A DNA stretch of 61,443 bases from an uncultured virus (IMG/VR IMGVR_UViG_3300046513_000217) (Duplodnaviria; Heunggongvirae; Uroviricota; Caudoviricetes), in IMG/VR virus record IMGVR_UViG_3300046513_000217. One strand, 5' to 3'. Position numbers and translations under genes: made by a program. Positions 19,725 through 29,490 of this stretch are shown piece by piece (positions within the stretch are counted from its first letter, which is position 1; every line of letters starts with the position of its first letter). The notes under the pieces were generated by a model. It did no database searches. It had not been told where the DNA came from and saw nothing but the letters and a program-made list of their open reading frames with translations.

Positions 19725-20280
19725 GGAGAACCTCCTTGTACGCTCGCTCGACTACGTCGGAGGCTTCCTTCCACAGCGGGAAGCAGGCGACGCGAACTGC
19801 AGACAGGACTGGGATCAGCGCGACCTTCTCAGGGATGTAGGTCTCGCGAGCGAAGTCCAGATCGTTGACGACGATGTCACCGGTATTGCTGATGGTGTCG
19901 GCGCACTTGACCATCTGACCGCGCCAGGAAGCACCGGCCAGATACTGGCGGTCGATCGCCTTGCGCAGAGCCCGGTTGCCCATCCCCTCGGGGGTGTTGC
20001 CGCTGTCCTTGCGGCTGACGTCGGTCACCTCGACAACGAGGTTGGCGATGTCGTGACCGAACCGCATGCACAGCTCCTGGTAGGACGCAGCGGTGTCCTC
20101 CAGCGTGTCGTGCAGCCAGCCCGCGCAGACGACTTCGGCCGTAGCTGAGTAGCGCAGCAAGATCGTTGCGACGTGCTGCAGGTGGAACCAGTAGGGATCG
20201 CCGGTGTATTTGCGCTTCTGGTCGCCGTGGGCCTCGATCGCAAATTGTTTGGCTCGTCTGATCAGGTCGAGATCCATCAC
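19708..20280 (-). CDS. HD-domain small alarmone ((p)ppGpp) hydrolase-like protein
   Basis: AHGDQKRKYTG.PY..H...VA, LHDTLEDT, V.EVTD, VKCAD..SN (RelA/SpoT HD signature). Confidence 0.85.
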   Translation of the reverse strand: MMDLDLIRRAKQFAIEAHGDQKRKYTGDPYWFHLQHVATILLRYSATAEVVCAGWLHDTLEDTAASYQELCMRFGHDIANLVVEVTDVSRKDSGNTPEGMGNRALRKAIDRQYLAGASWRGQMVKCADTISNTGDIVVNDLDFARETYIPEKVALIPVLSAVRVACFPLWKEASDVVERAYKEVLHATAA

Positions 20281-20474
20281 GCTGCTTTCTGATTGTCGTT
20301 GTTGGCGGGGACGACTGCGTCCATGCTCATGGCGGGGACGCTGATGCTGAGCTGCATCGGCTCCTTCCAGCTGAAGCCGGCGTAGTCGCGGTGGGTGTGG
20401 ATGTGCCTGAACTGGTGGACCACGAAGGTCTCGAAGGGGAGGAGGTACTCGGGGCCGGTGACGAACGCGAACAT
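20277..20474 (-). CDS. hypothetical protein
   Basis: coupled ORF ending ANNDNQKAA. Confidence 0.55.
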   Translation of the reverse strand: MFAFVTGPEYLLPFETFVVHQFRHIHTHRDYAGFSWKEPMQLSISVPAMSMDAVVPANNDNQKAA

Positions 20475-20713
20475 CAGATCCTCCTCAATTTGTTCCGCTG
20501 CGTGATGCTCATTCCGAGCAGCATGCAGGCCAGCTCGTGACCCTCGGTGTCGCCGCGCTCCAGGGCGAACTCGATGCAGAATTTGACGTCCTTGTCGCGG
20601 ACGTTCCCGTCATCGAGAACGATGTGGATCGAGCCCCAGCAGGGCTCTTTCTCTTTGTAGGCCCGGAAGCGGTCGATCACGTCGGGGACGGTCAGGGTGT
20701 TGCTTGGCTTCAT
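20474..20713 (-). CDS. hypothetical phage protein
   Basis: WGSIHIVLDDGNV motif. Confidence 0.65.
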   Translation of the reverse strand: MKPSNTLTVPDVIDRFRAYKEKEPCWGSIHIVLDDGNVRDKDVKFCIEFALERGDTEGHELACMLLGMSITQRNKLRRI

Positions 20714-20739
20714 TTGCATTATCCTTGCACGAATGATAG

Positions 20740-20753
20740 TTGCATTCAAGCAA
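20740..20753 (-). promoter_or_regulatory. 14-bp element TTGCTTGAATGCAA
   Basis: exact intergenic copy. Confidence 0.7.
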
Positions 20754-20879
20754 AGATTATGACAAGCCAGACCAGCGCCGAGAGGGCCAGTGCGGTACCA
20801 ATGGTCTTTGCGCTGACAAACTCAGACGCTGGAGCCTGGAGCATGCTGCTTTCCTTGTTGATGTTGCTGGTCGAAGAGA

Positions 20880-21068
20880 TCAGGCGAAGCCGGCAGCCTC
20901 GCCGGACTTAGTGAGGATGGCGACGAAGCCAAAGTCCCAGGAGCGATCGGAGTTGCGCTGACGTGACGGCTTGACGTGGAACCGGTCGGCGCGTTTCTCA
21001 TCGATTGCCCGGCGAGCCGCACGTTCAGCGGAGGTGGGGGAGATGTAGAGCTGCTTGGTGGTGGTCAC
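20880..21068 (-). CDS. hypothetical protein
   Basis: small ORF. Confidence 0.45.
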   Translation of the reverse strand: MTTTKQLYISPTSAERAARRAIDEKRADRFHVKPSRQRNSDRSWDFGFVAILTKSGEAAGFA

Positions 21069-21089
21069 TTCACTTCCTCTTCATGGTGG

Positions 21090-21287
21090 CTATCGGCCGG
21101 TTGTTTCGCCCTGACCATCCAGGGCGAGCTGCAGTTTGTGGATCAGATCACGCGCTTGATCCGGGGTGATGAACTCGGCATTTCGCAGCCCACCGCGAGG
21201 ACCCCTCGCGCTGAACCGTATGGTGCTTTCGGACGAGTGGTACGTCTTGACGTCCGTGGTGTCGTAGACGACGTGCTGGTGAGCCAT
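21090..21287 (-). CDS. hypothetical protein
   Basis: coupled ORF with GPRGG motif, also present in 21653..22030. Confidence 0.5.
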   Translation of the reverse strand: MAHQHVVYDTTDVKTYHSSESTIRFSARGPRGGLRNAEFITPDQARDLIHKLQLALDGQGETTGR

Positions 21288-21490
21288 CACTGCACCTCGC
21301 CGCAGCCGTTGCAGACGTAGACCTGTTGCTCTTCGCTCCAGTCCCACTCGGACTCGATGCCGGCATCGTTGCAGCTGCAGCCGATATCCTCAGCCTCGCA
21401 GACCGGTTCGCCGCTGGCGTCATCCTCTCCGTTCAGGATCTCCTGCCTGCGCTTCTGCAGCTCGGCGACCTCCTTATCGCTAATGGTCAC
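21287..21490 (-). CDS. small Cys-rich (Zn-ribbon) protein
   Basis: C..GCSC...CNGCG. Confidence 0.55.
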   Translation of the reverse strand: MTISDKEVAELQKRRQEILNGEDDASGEPVCEAEDIGCSCNDAGIESEWDWSEEQQVYVCNGCGEVQ

Positions 21491-21652
21491 GATCGACCTC
21501 GCTGTTTTCGATCTTGATCTTGAAATGCTGCGAGATGCGGCCGGACGACTGGCTGATCTCCAAGACGCCGTGGCTTGCGCGGTCGATGGAGAGCCCCCTG
21601 TCTTCGAGGGCTTTCATCATGATCCGCTGGATCTCTCGGGTGGAATACAGCC

Positions 21653-22030
21653 TCACAGCTCGTAGCTCCTCTGTCCTGCGACATCCTTGGCGATTTCGAT
21701 GTGCCTCTCGGCAATCACGTCACCGTCGTAGTTGTCGCGCCGCCATTGAAGCGCTTCGTCGTAGGAGCGCGCCTCGTGCAGGTCCTGCTCGCCTTCGTAG
21801 CCGGCGTTGTCGACGACGACGTAGACCGGGATACGAGCCCGAGCATCCGCCAGCTGGGTCAGAGCCAGGTCGAGATTGTCCCGCAGCGTGCGGACCTGGA
21901 GCGGCGAGAGATAGCCGGTCGAGAGCGTGCCGCCCCGAGGGCCATTGAGGAACAGCACCACGACGTCGTTCACGTCGTTGTCGTAGGCGCGGCCGGAGGT
22001 GTAGACGTTGACGAACTTACGACTCGGCAT
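21653..22030 (-). CDS. hypothetical protein
   Basis: ORF MPSRKFV with GPRGG. Confidence 0.55.
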   Translation of the reverse strand: MPSRKFVNVYTSGRAYDNDVNDVVVLFLNGPRGGTLSTGYLSPLQVRTLRDNLDLALTQLADARARIPVYVVVDNAGYEGEQDLHEARSYDEALQWRRDNYDGDVIAERHIEIAKDVAGQRSYEL

Positions 22031-22351
22031 CGTCATCCTCCTCTTCTTCTTCCTCGTCATCGTCGTAGTCCGAAGCCGGCGCCTGGTCGGGCAGGTTCTT
22101 GAACAGCTCGATCAGATCGCCAGATGCTTTCGCCTCGTCCGGATGGCCGAGATCAGCGTCCGAGTCCTGCATGGTCATCAGCGCCGCAATGATACGGTCG
22201 CGACTATCACGCAGCAGCTTCTCGATGCCCTGAAGGCGCTCGACCTCGTCGATTGCCGCGGTCGCCTGCACGCTGCTGTCGTCTGTATCAAGCGAGATGC
22301 CAAGGGCGCCCGGTTCAGATCGTCTTGGTAGTCGGGCGGGGTGTAGCTCAT
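22017..22351 (-). pseudogene. frameshifted small acidic gene
   Basis: ATG 22351 overlaps the upstream stop; MSYTPPDYQDDLNR joins ALGISLDTDDSSVQATAAIDE after a shift near 22308. Confidence 0.45.
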
Positions 22352-22620
22352 TGGATCACCAGCATGGTTGTCGAAAGGCTTTCGTTGTGGGAGCCGAGCA
22401 CCTCGGCCCAATCGTCGATCACGCCGACCAGCGCATCAACCAGAGGCGTGGGGACGTAGACGGTCATGGGGTAGGTCTCGACCGCCTCCATTGTCTCCAG
22501 TAGGAAGTCGATGGCCTCGAAGCGGACTTCGAGCGTCACGTCTTCGGGGTGATCGTGAAGCCACGCTGCCAGATCACTCAGTTCTTCCTCGCTGTGGGCG
22601 ACGAGACGACCGGACCTCAT
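22348..22620 (-). CDS. hypothetical protein
   Basis: coupled acidic ORF. Confidence 0.55.
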   Translation of the reverse strand: MRSGRLVAHSEEELSDLAAWLHDHPEDVTLEVRFEAIDFLLETMEAVETYPMTVYVPTPLVDALVGVIDDWAEVLGSHNESLSTTMLVIQ

Positions 22621-23219
22621 TGGAAGTCGATCAGTTCGAGTTCCTCGCCGAGCGCCTTGACAAACTCGGCCGGCTTTTCCTTCTTCTCGAAGGCGATCTG
22701 CACCGCGTCAGCGTGATCGCTGATCAGATCGGCGTAGCACCACTGCTCCTCCGCCTCCTCGCGACAGTCTTTGATGAACTGGTCGCGCTCGCGGGTGGAC
22801 GGCGACTTCGTGCTCTTGAACGCTTTGCAGCGAGCACGAGCAGTTTGGTAGAGATCACGGAGCTTCTCAGCACCTTCGACGACCGGCTCAACTGCCTCGC
22901 CGTCGCCGAAATTCAGGCAATAGAGCATGAACTCCGGGACGAACTCGAAGTCCCAGCAGATCATGCCATCCCGATCGGTCTCCGGCATGATGGACCAGAC
23001 GCTCTCGATCAGAGCGGCCATGTCCCATGCAGACCTGCGCATTCCTCCAGCCCCGAAGGTCTCGCAGTATTCGACCATCTCCTGCTCGGCGACCTTGTAC
23101 GGGTGATCGTCCGGCAGCGTCGTTCCGACAATGAGCCGGGTGTCTTCGAGCACAGCGTACGCCGCCATCGCGGTCTCGATGACCAGGTAGTTGGTGGTGA
23201 TGATCTCAGGCTTGTTCAT
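22617..23219 (-). CDS. hypothetical phage protein
   Basis: ORF with CWDFEFVPEF. Confidence 0.65.
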   Translation of the reverse strand: MNKPEIITTNYLVIETAMAAYAVLEDTRLIVGTTLPDDHPYKVAEQEMVEYCETFGAGGMRRSAWDMAALIESVWSIMPETDRDGMICWDFEFVPEFMLYCLNFGDGEAVEPVVEGAEKLRDLYQTARARCKAFKSTKSPSTRERDQFIKDCREEAEEQWCYADLISDHADAVQIAFEKKEKPAEFVKALGEELELIDFQ

Positions 23220-23364
23220 CTTCGATTTCCTTGAGCAAGTTGGCCGCGTCATCGCGCAGGCCTTTCATGTCGAGACGGACAGGCACTCCGCAGTGCTCCA
23301 TCGTGGGGTTGACGAAAGCTTTGACGATGCCGAGCAGTCGTTCGGCGTGCTCTGGCGTGATCAT
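23206..23364 (-). CDS. hypothetical protein
   Basis: coupled small ORF. Confidence 0.45.
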   Translation of the reverse strand: MITPEHAERLLGIVKAFVNPTMEHCGVPVRLDMKGLRDDAANLLKEIEDEQA

Positions 23365-23624
23365 CGGTGGCCTATGTTCCACTGCTCGCTGGCCCGATAC
23401 TGCTCGTAGAGGGGCCTCAGCGACGGCGCGATGCTGATGTCCACCATGTCGTGGTGGCTGCAGCACCAGCTGTCGTTCGGGTAGCAGGCGATGCAAGCCA
23501 GCTTATCCGTGTCGTTGCCGCGTCGATCGAGCACGCCGTCGAGCAGATGTACGTCTTCCGGTATGCCGCAGTAGGAGCAGTGGCAGACATCGGCGGGGTC
23601 GTGGATGAAGACACGGGGCATCAA
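23361..23624 (-). CDS. Cys-rich small protein
   Basis: CSYC...CIACY. Confidence 0.55.
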   Translation of the reverse strand: MMPRVFIHDPADVCHCSYCGIPEDVHLLDGVLDRRGNDTDKLACIACYPNDSWCCSHHDMVDISIAPSLRPLYEQYRASEQWNIGHR

Positions 23625-23839
23625 CCGCCTCCCAGGGCGGCGCGGACGATCGGCCGCAGTTCGAAGAAGATTTCGTTGCGAGCCGGATCGTCAGGTCCGA
23701 CGTTTTCGATGAACCACCACGTCAGCGACAGGGCTCGACGGGCGGCAAAAGGATCGGGCGTGATCGACGGGGATACGTGCGCCTCGTCGAAGAGGGCCAT
23801 GGCCTCGCGGAACTGACGGTGGGTTTTCTTGAGCGCCAT
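23621..23839 (-). CDS. hypothetical protein
   Basis: coupled ORF MALKK. Confidence 0.55.
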   Translation of the reverse strand: MALKKTHRQFREAMALFDEAHVSPSITPDPFAARRALSLTWWFIENVGPDDPARNEIFFELRPIVRAALGGG

Positions 23840-24057
23840 CACATCCTCTCCGCGAGCTTCTGATGGATTTCCTTGGCCACGCCGACCCAGGCCTCGCCAC
23901 TGATCAAGGCGTTGTCGACCTTGGCCGGATCGGTCTCGGAGATGAGCTTCGACCACTTGTCGAGCGCATCGAGGACGAACAGCTGGGCCAGCGGGCCGTA
24001 CTTGCTGACCTCCATGATGCTCTTGACGAACTGGACGTTGGTCTGTGGCTTAGGCAT
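23839..24057 (-). CDS. hypothetical phage protein
   Basis: TNVQFV..IM..S.YG.LAQ.FV.DAL. Confidence 0.6.
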   Translation of the reverse strand: MPKPQTNVQFVKSIMEVSKYGPLAQLFVLDALDKWSKLISETDPAKVDNALISGEAWVGVAKEIHQKLAERM

Positions 24058-24328
24058 TGGGGGTGTCCTCGGTGCAGCGGATCGGCATGGCGAACTGCTT
24101 GTCCGCACGGGTGAATGCTCTGGCGCAATCCCTGCAGTAGTAGAGACGCGCGTCGGTATAGGTCTCGTGGTCGGTCATGTAGAACTGCCGCTGTCCTTCG
24201 AGTGGACGTAGGCAGCCGGACCGATTGCAGTGGCCGTCCTTCAGACCTTTGTCCTCTGGATAGCCGTCCTTGTTGTTGCGCATCCGCTTCTGTTGCTCGA
24301 ACCAGCTCATCTCGGCGAACTTCCTCAT
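24050..24328 (-). CDS. Zn-finger-like small protein
   Basis: KG...G.CNRSGC...YYCRDCA. Confidence 0.6.
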   Translation of the reverse strand: MRKFAEMSWFEQQKRMRNNKDGYPEDKGLKDGHCNRSGCLRPLEGQRQFYMTDHETYTDARLYYCRDCARAFTRADKQFAMPIRCTEDTPNA

Positions 24329-24579
24329 TTCAGAAGCTGTGGATGGATGCTGGCCTGGATGAACTCCGCGACCGTGAGCGGGCTCGCGGACTTGAGGAAC
24401 CTATCTCCCTGCTGGATGTACCCATGGAAGGTCGGCTTGATCCTGCCGTGGATCTCGCACGACCGATGGTCCACCGGCTCTCCCATGAGGAAGCCGTTGC
24501 CGCTCTGAAAGGCAGGCGGAACCACGCCGAGCGCGTCAAAGTAGGCCTCCTCGTCGACTTGCTTCCAGGTCTTGGTCAT
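24325..24579 (-). CDS. DUF1419-like protein
   Basis: DEEAYFDALGVVPP...FLMGEP. Confidence 0.5.
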   Translation of the reverse strand: MTKTWKQVDEEAYFDALGVVPPAFQSGNGFLMGEPVDHRSCEIHGRIKPTFHGYIQQGDRFLKSASPLTVAEFIQASIHPQLLK

Positions 24580-24758
24580 GGCTCGCAGGGCTCCCCGTTG
24601 CTATCGATCCAGCCGAAGTCGAAGCAGACCAAGCAGTCATGCTCTCCGTCCTTCGGACAGGCTGTGCAGCGCCGGCAGCCGGCGTTGTGCATCGCTTGTG
24701 TCGTGGCCTGCTCCTTGAGAGCGGCATCGAAAGCGTCATCAGCTGCGTCACCCATGGC

Positions 24759-25058
24759 TCACCAGATCGGTTGGCCGGCTAGGCGCACGGCATGCCGGCG
24801 CTCTTCATCGATCAATTCCTCGCTCCAGGACACGCGGCCGATGATCTCGACGTCCTCGACGCGGCGGATGATCCCGCACACGCCGGATCCGCTGACGTAT
24901 TCGGCCTGGTCGCGCAGGCAGAACACCATCCGGCCGCGGCGATCCTTCTTGAGCCAGGACGTGACGCGATAGCGATGTGGCCACGGCCACCAGGTTTCTT
25001 GGACTGCGAACGTCTCGCCGATGTCGGGGACGCGGCGGATCAGGGCAGTGCTGGCCAT
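24759..25058 (-). CDS. hypothetical protein
   Basis: ORF MASTAL. Confidence 0.5.
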   Translation of the reverse strand: MASTALIRRVPDIGETFAVQETWWPWPHRYRVTSWLKKDRRGRMVFCLRDQAEYVSGSGVCGIIRRVEDVEIIGRVSWSEELIDEERRHAVRLAGQPIW

Positions 25059-25240
25059 GTTCAATCCTGCGGGAAGAGGAGCGCGATTGCTTCGAGCTGC
25101 GAGCAGAGGGTGTGGTGGCCGACCGTTTGGCCGAACTGCCACCACACCCACTGGAAGGTGAAGGGGAGATGCGGGCATGCATCGTCACCCTCCAGGCCAG
25201 CTGCATAACCAGCGTCGTAGAACTCGAACGGGTTCATCCC

Positions 25241-25393
25241 TCACGCCTTGCTGTTGAAGTAGATGAGGGCCTCGACCTTGTTGCAGGCCTCGACCTGACG
25301 ATTGTGCTCGTCGATGTCATCGTGCTCGCTGATGACGTTCTGCCGACCGAGATCGAGGACGATCCTCAGGGCTTCGAGCGTTTCGCTGTCCAT
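25241..25393 (-). CDS. hypothetical protein (50 aa)
   Basis: MDSETLEALRIVLDLG..., just downstream of a repeat element. Confidence 0.5.
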   Translation of the reverse strand: MDSETLEALRIVLDLGRQNVISEHDDIDEHNRQVEACNKVEALIYFNSKA

Positions 25394-25449
25394 TTGCATT
25401 TGCCTTCAAGCAAGGCCCAAGGCACACCTCGGGCGTGGGATGGATCGGT

Positions 25450-25686
25450 TCAGCTGTTCAGGCCGGCGTACTTGCTCTGGTCGTCCCAGGATGCATCCCA
25501 CACCGCCCGCAGCTCTCTGCCATTCTCCAGCACGGTGACACGATCCACCCGGTTGCTGTAGCTGATGCCGTTGCGGTAGAAGTCCCGCGCGTCCAGGAAC
25601 GATCCAAAGTCGTGGATGTCCCATGATCCGTTGGCGAAGAGGATGGTCACTTTGTATCGGTTCGTCACGATCGTCTCCTGAAACAT
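25450..25686 (-). CDS. hypothetical protein
   Basis: ORF MFQETI. Confidence 0.55.
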   Translation of the reverse strand: MFQETIVTNRYKVTILFANGSWDIHDFGSFLDARDFYRNGISYSNRVDRVTVLENGRELRAVWDASWDDQSKYAGLNS

Positions 25687-26307
25687 CCCCCACCGTGTCC
25701 GCATGTGCGGCGTGCCGTATCACGCAAGGCAGGCGCTACACGGTGGGGGACGAAAAGCTCCAGCGGATTTGTTGGCACGCCGCTGGTCGTGCAGTGCGTC
25801 CGGTCGCTCGCGGCTTCACCGGTCCTAAGTGGTCGTCGTCGTTCATGCCGTTGTTGAGGTAGTCCCGTCGCTTACTTCATGGTCGTTCTCCGTGCTCACC
25901 ACTGGAGCGCACCGTCTGATGCGCTCGGGTGGAAAGCTGCGGATGATCATGAGTGCAGGAACCACAATGAGCCGGCGATCAGCAGCAGCATCGCGATGCC
26001 GGGGGCGGCCATCTGGAGACGGGCATGGTCACCCATCGCCTGCAGGTTTTGTTCGGGGGTACGCATCTTCGTCACTCTCTTGAGGTTGAAATGGCCGGAT
26101 AGCGCCGGCCTCGCCACTGCGTTTGGGTCGCAGCAACCAAATACGCTGCCGATGTCTCCGGCTCGCGAACTTCTTCATGCTCATGGGTGGCTATCCTCGC
26201 CAGGCGCACGGTTGCACGCGCCTCTAGCTAAGCCGTTTGATTAAAACCGTGGCGGATTTCCCCTGCCTGTGTGTGCAGACCGCTTTACTGCACACCACGG
26301 GGCCTCG

Positions 26308-26499
26308 TTACCGGTTGATCCTCCGGTATGTGCTGCGTCCGACGTTCTCGCCGGACGTGATGACTTCGAAACCACCAGCGGGCAGGTGCAGGTTGCTTCC
26401 GGCGATCGCCCAGCGGTTGGTCCGATAGTAGAGATCCGACTCGGACCACAGGCGGTCGCTAACCCGCACGCGGGCCAGCATCTCTTCGTGCTCGGTCAT
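26308..26499 (-). CDS. hypothetical protein
   Basis: coupled ORF. Confidence 0.45.
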   Translation of the reverse strand: MTEHEEMLARVRVSDRLWSESDLYYRTNRWAIAGSNLHLPAGGFEVITSGENVGRSTYRRINR

Positions 26500-26645
26500 G
26501 TCTGCTCCGCCTGATCCATCTGGCGATTGCGGAACGTGTGCCAGTCGTCGACGGCCTCATTGGCGCGGTCCATGGCGTGGCCATTCTCCTCGCCGGACTG
26601 GACGGCTGCGATGTAGACAGCGCACCAGAATTGCAGCTCATCCAT
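26496..26645 (-). CDS. hypothetical protein
   Basis: MDELQFWCAVYIAA. Confidence 0.45.
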   Translation of the reverse strand: MDELQFWCAVYIAAVQSGEENGHAMDRANEAVDDWHTFRNRQMDQAEQT

Positions 26646-26838
26646 TTTCGCGTATCCTTCGCAGTGCCGCAGCCTCACGGCGAACGTTGTCCGCTTGGCG
26701 CCTGTTGTCCTCGACCTGATGGGTGGACCAGCCTCCGGACATGGTTTGCTTCGCCCAGTCGTCGAGCGTGTTGGCCAGATCTTCGAGGAACTTGATATGC
26801 CGAGACAGCGCCTCGGCCGCGATCAACACCTCAGCCAT
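26638..26838 (-). CDS. hypothetical protein
   Basis: LDDWA...GGWSTHQV. Confidence 0.55.
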   Translation of the reverse strand: MAEVLIAAEALSRHIKFLEDLANTLDDWAKQTMSGGWSTHQVEDNRRQADNVRREAAALRRIRENG

Positions 26839-27038
26839 CACAGCCTCCAGTGGTTGATGCGAGCCCGATCGTTCTCGCGGTTGTCGTTGACCGGGCTGGT
26901 CTCGACATAGTCGAGCGGGTCGATGCAGCCGATGTAGGCGTCGTCGACATCTACCTGCAGGCCGCCCATGGGGAGCGAGCATGGCAGTCTGGCAGCGGCG
27001 CGGTAGGCCTCGTCTGTCTTTGCGGTGAGGATGGTCAT
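26838..27038 (-). CDS. hypothetical protein
   Basis: coupled ORF with VNDN. Confidence 0.5.
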   Translation of the reverse strand: MTILTAKTDEAYRAAARLPCSLPMGGLQVDVDDAYIGCIDPLDYVETSPVNDNRENDRARINHWRL

Positions 27039-27301
27039 TCGATCAGGCCTTGTTCTTTGGCGAGGTTGTAGAGGCGGGCGAACTCCTGGACCTTGTCGAA
27101 GTCGTCGAGGGCAGCCTGCTCCTCGCGCCGCTTCGCCATCTCGTCGTCCTCGGCCGCCTGTAGCCATCCAGCAGCCCAGTCTCGTGCGTGAGACTCGGCG
27201 ACCAGACCGGGCCGTTTTGCGTACGGGTTGATCTCGGTTGGATTGCCGCCGCGATAGAAGGCATTGCGCCCCTCGCGGCGGTAGTGTGATGGCGAACTCA
27301 T
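27035..27301 (-). CDS. small protein with RMF-like G..AF..G...NPY...W..GW motif
   Basis: EGRNAFYRGG...NPY...DWAAGW. Confidence 0.55.
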   Translation of the reverse strand: MSSPSHYRREGRNAFYRGGNPTEINPYAKRPGLVAESHARDWAAGWLQAAEDDEMAKRREEQAALDDFDKVQEFARLYNLAKEQGLIE

Positions 27302-27633
27302 GTCAGCTCCTTGCCGGCGATGCCGCCGGTCATGACGTGAGCTTCACAGTTGGGATAGACTTTCGCCTGGTCCCGGATGTGAGGGATGATGATGGCGCGG
27401 CGGGCATCTTCCGCATCGCGCTCGGTCTTGAACTGCTTGGCGTTGCTGCGCCAGACGTCCCAGGTGTTGGCCGTTCCCATCGCGTTGAAGCGATCGGTCA
27501 GGTACAGCACTTGCCGCTTGCCGCTGTTGTCGGCCGGGATGCCGTTCCACCATGCGACGACGAACGTGTCGGGATTGTTGACCCGGTCGATCGTCGCTTG
27601 GCTCGGCGGCCGGAAGCCTTCGGGAAACTTCAT
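27298..27633 (-). CDS. hypothetical protein
   Basis: coupled ORF. Confidence 0.55.
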   Translation of the reverse strand: MKFPEGFRPPSQATIDRVNNPDTFVVAWWNGIPADNSGKRQVLYLTDRFNAMGTANTWDVWRSNAKQFKTERDAEDARRAIIIPHIRDQAKVYPNCEAHVMTGGIAGKELT

Positions 27634-27809
27634 GCCGCTTCCTTTTTCTCGACAGCTTCGAGTTGGTCTTCGGTGCGGAGCCACTTCACGCGGTCGCCGT
27701 CGCGGACGATATATTCGCCCCGACTCATGCCGACGATCTGGCCAACGAACGCGGCCTTCTCGCGGTACCGGGCGGAGCGGACCCAGTCCTTGTCCTTGAA
27801 CTTCCTCAT
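27630..27809 (-). CDS. small SH3/KOW-like protein
   Basis: FKDKDWVR...GQIVG...YIV...EDQLEAV. Confidence 0.5.
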   Translation of the reverse strand: MRKFKDKDWVRSARYREKAAFVGQIVGMSRGEYIVRDGDRVKWLRTEDQLEAVEKKEAA

Positions 27810-27890
27810 GGACGCAGGCCTCTCCATTCGATGCCGGCCAGGATCGCCAGCTCGTTGACGATCAGCCAGCCCATGACGATGTGATAGAGG

Positions 27891-28160
27891 TCAGGCACGG
27901 GCGGCCTCGCACCATGGCAGGTCGAGCGCGCGGACCATGTGCGCCGACGTGAAGGCGACGAAGGTGTCGAAGTCCATGCAGCGGGCAGCGGTCGCCCGAT
28001 TGACCACGTAGTGCCGGCCGCCGTCGTCCTTGAACTCGAAGGCATCCATCCCGCTCTCGCAGAACGTCCGCGTCATCTTCGCCGCACGGTGCTGGCTCTC
28101 GATGATGGTCGGGTCGGTCTGGAATGGGTCGGCGGGGTGGAACGGAAGAGATGTCAGCAT
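27891..28160 (-). CDS. hypothetical protein
   Basis: ORF in operon. Confidence 0.5.
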   Translation of the reverse strand: MLTSLPFHPADPFQTDPTIIESQHRAAKMTRTFCESGMDAFEFKDDGGRHYVVNRATAARCMDFDTFVAFTSAHMVRALDLPWCEAARA

Positions 28161-28381
28161 CAACGCCTCCCAACGTGCAGGGTGGTGGTTTCGGGGGTGA
28201 GGAACGCGCGGATGCGGTTCGTCAGCTCGGTGTCGTCCACGCCGGCCGCAATCAGCGTCTCGGCATGGGCGTAGACTCGCGGGATCGAGGTCATCGGGAT
28301 CAGCATCCCGGTCACCGCCCGCTGGATGCGGGCAGCGTCGACTTTCTCCTGCGTCTTGGTGCGCTTGGGTCGCGATGCCAT
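28160..28381 (-). CDS. hypothetical protein
   Basis: ORF in operon. Confidence 0.5.
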   Translation of the reverse strand: MASRPKRTKTQEKVDAARIQRAVTGMLIPMTSIPRVYAHAETLIAAGVDDTELTNRIRAFLTPETTTLHVGRR

Positions 28382-28382
28382 G

Positions 28383-28871
28383 TCAGGCCTCCACCGATTG
28401 CCAGCCGGCCGGCACGATGCGTGCCTTGACCTGCTCGATGGCCCAGGGATTGAGTTCGGCGGCAGTGGCGACGCCGATCAGCGAGTCGGCTACGCTGGCG
28501 TGGTTCCAGCAGCGGGCGTCGGTCCAGTTGTGCATGCCGTCGTGGACATTCTGCAGCGCCTTGAGCAGACCCAGGTGCTGGCGAAACCACGCCGGCAGCT
28601 TGCCGCCGAAATAGACGAGCAGGTTCTGGATGCCGGAGCCGCCGCCCTTGTACTCGGTCAGCAGGGACAGCTGATCCATGGCGGGATCGTAGCTGTCGTC
28701 CGGGATGAAGTGGCCGGCGGCGCACTCGCAGGACGTTTCCTTGTTGCGATACAGACAGGCATCGCCATAGGACTTCTGCTTGGTCGACGGTCCCTTCGTG
28801 GTGGCGAAGTAGACACAGGCGACGTCGAAGACTTCCTGCGCGGTCGGGGTGTGATCGAAGACGTGGGGCAT
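28383..28871 (-). CDS. hypothetical phage protein
   Basis: QEVFD...CLYR...CAAGHFIPD...LQNVHD. Confidence 0.7.
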   Translation of the reverse strand: MPHVFDHTPTAQEVFDVACVYFATTKGPSTKQKSYGDACLYRNKETSCECAAGHFIPDDSYDPAMDQLSLLTEYKGGGSGIQNLLVYFGGKLPAWFRQHLGLLKALQNVHDGMHNWTDARCWNHASVADSLIGVATAAELNPWAIEQVKARIVPAGWQSVEA

Positions 28872-28881
28872 GGTTGTTCCT

Positions 28882-29154
28882 TCAGCGCCAATGGCCGTCG
28901 TGGATGGAAGCAGGCTCCTCGCCGCGGCAGCGCGGCTGGTCGATCTTGCCGGCGTCCCACAGATCCATCGCGATCTTGTGGGCGCGCTCCGGGTCATGCC
29001 GCCAATAGGTGCGGCAGTAGTTGACCTTCAGTCCCGTGTGGAACATGTCGCGGTCAGTGAAGAACGTGCCGGTGGAGATCTTCTCGACCTTCTCCAGCTC
29101 GACGCGACCTTCGATGATGTCCTTGATGCAGAACGAGAGGCTGAGGCCGATCAT
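28882..29154 (-). CDS. conserved phage hypothetical protein
   Basis: IGLSLSFCIKDIIEG...YW...GKIDQPR. Confidence 0.7.
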   Translation of the reverse strand: MIGLSLSFCIKDIIEGRVELEKVEKISTGTFFTDRDMFHTGLKVNYCRTYWRHDPERAHKIAMDLWDAGKIDQPRCRGEEPASIHDGHWR

Positions 29155-29490
29155 CTGCTCACCTCCACATCGCGAAGACGGCGCGGTAGGCGCCGCCCTC
29201 CGCGACTTGGTTGAGACCGAAGGCAGCCTCTCGGGCGATCCGCAGCGAACGCATGCGGACCGTGTTGATCGTTCCGTCCCGCAGGACGATGAACAGCGTG
29301 GGGATCGGGCGAGGAACTCGTCTCACGACTGCACCTCACGGACCGGCCGGACCAGGAACAGGACGCGGCACATCATCCGGTAGAAGCGGCGCCGGGCGTG
29401 CTCGTCGGTGCAGGAGCGCCAACGGAGGCTGAGGCGCTGGTGGAGTGCCGAGATCTGCTCGGCGGACAGGAAGGACAGAGTCCGCATGGC

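Noticed and set aside
25705..26305. Possible riboswitch in a gene-poor gap (GCGGCGTGCC/GGCACGCCGC stem)
   Set aside because: No recognisable ligand-binding consensus; may be tiny ORFs or chance pairing at high GC
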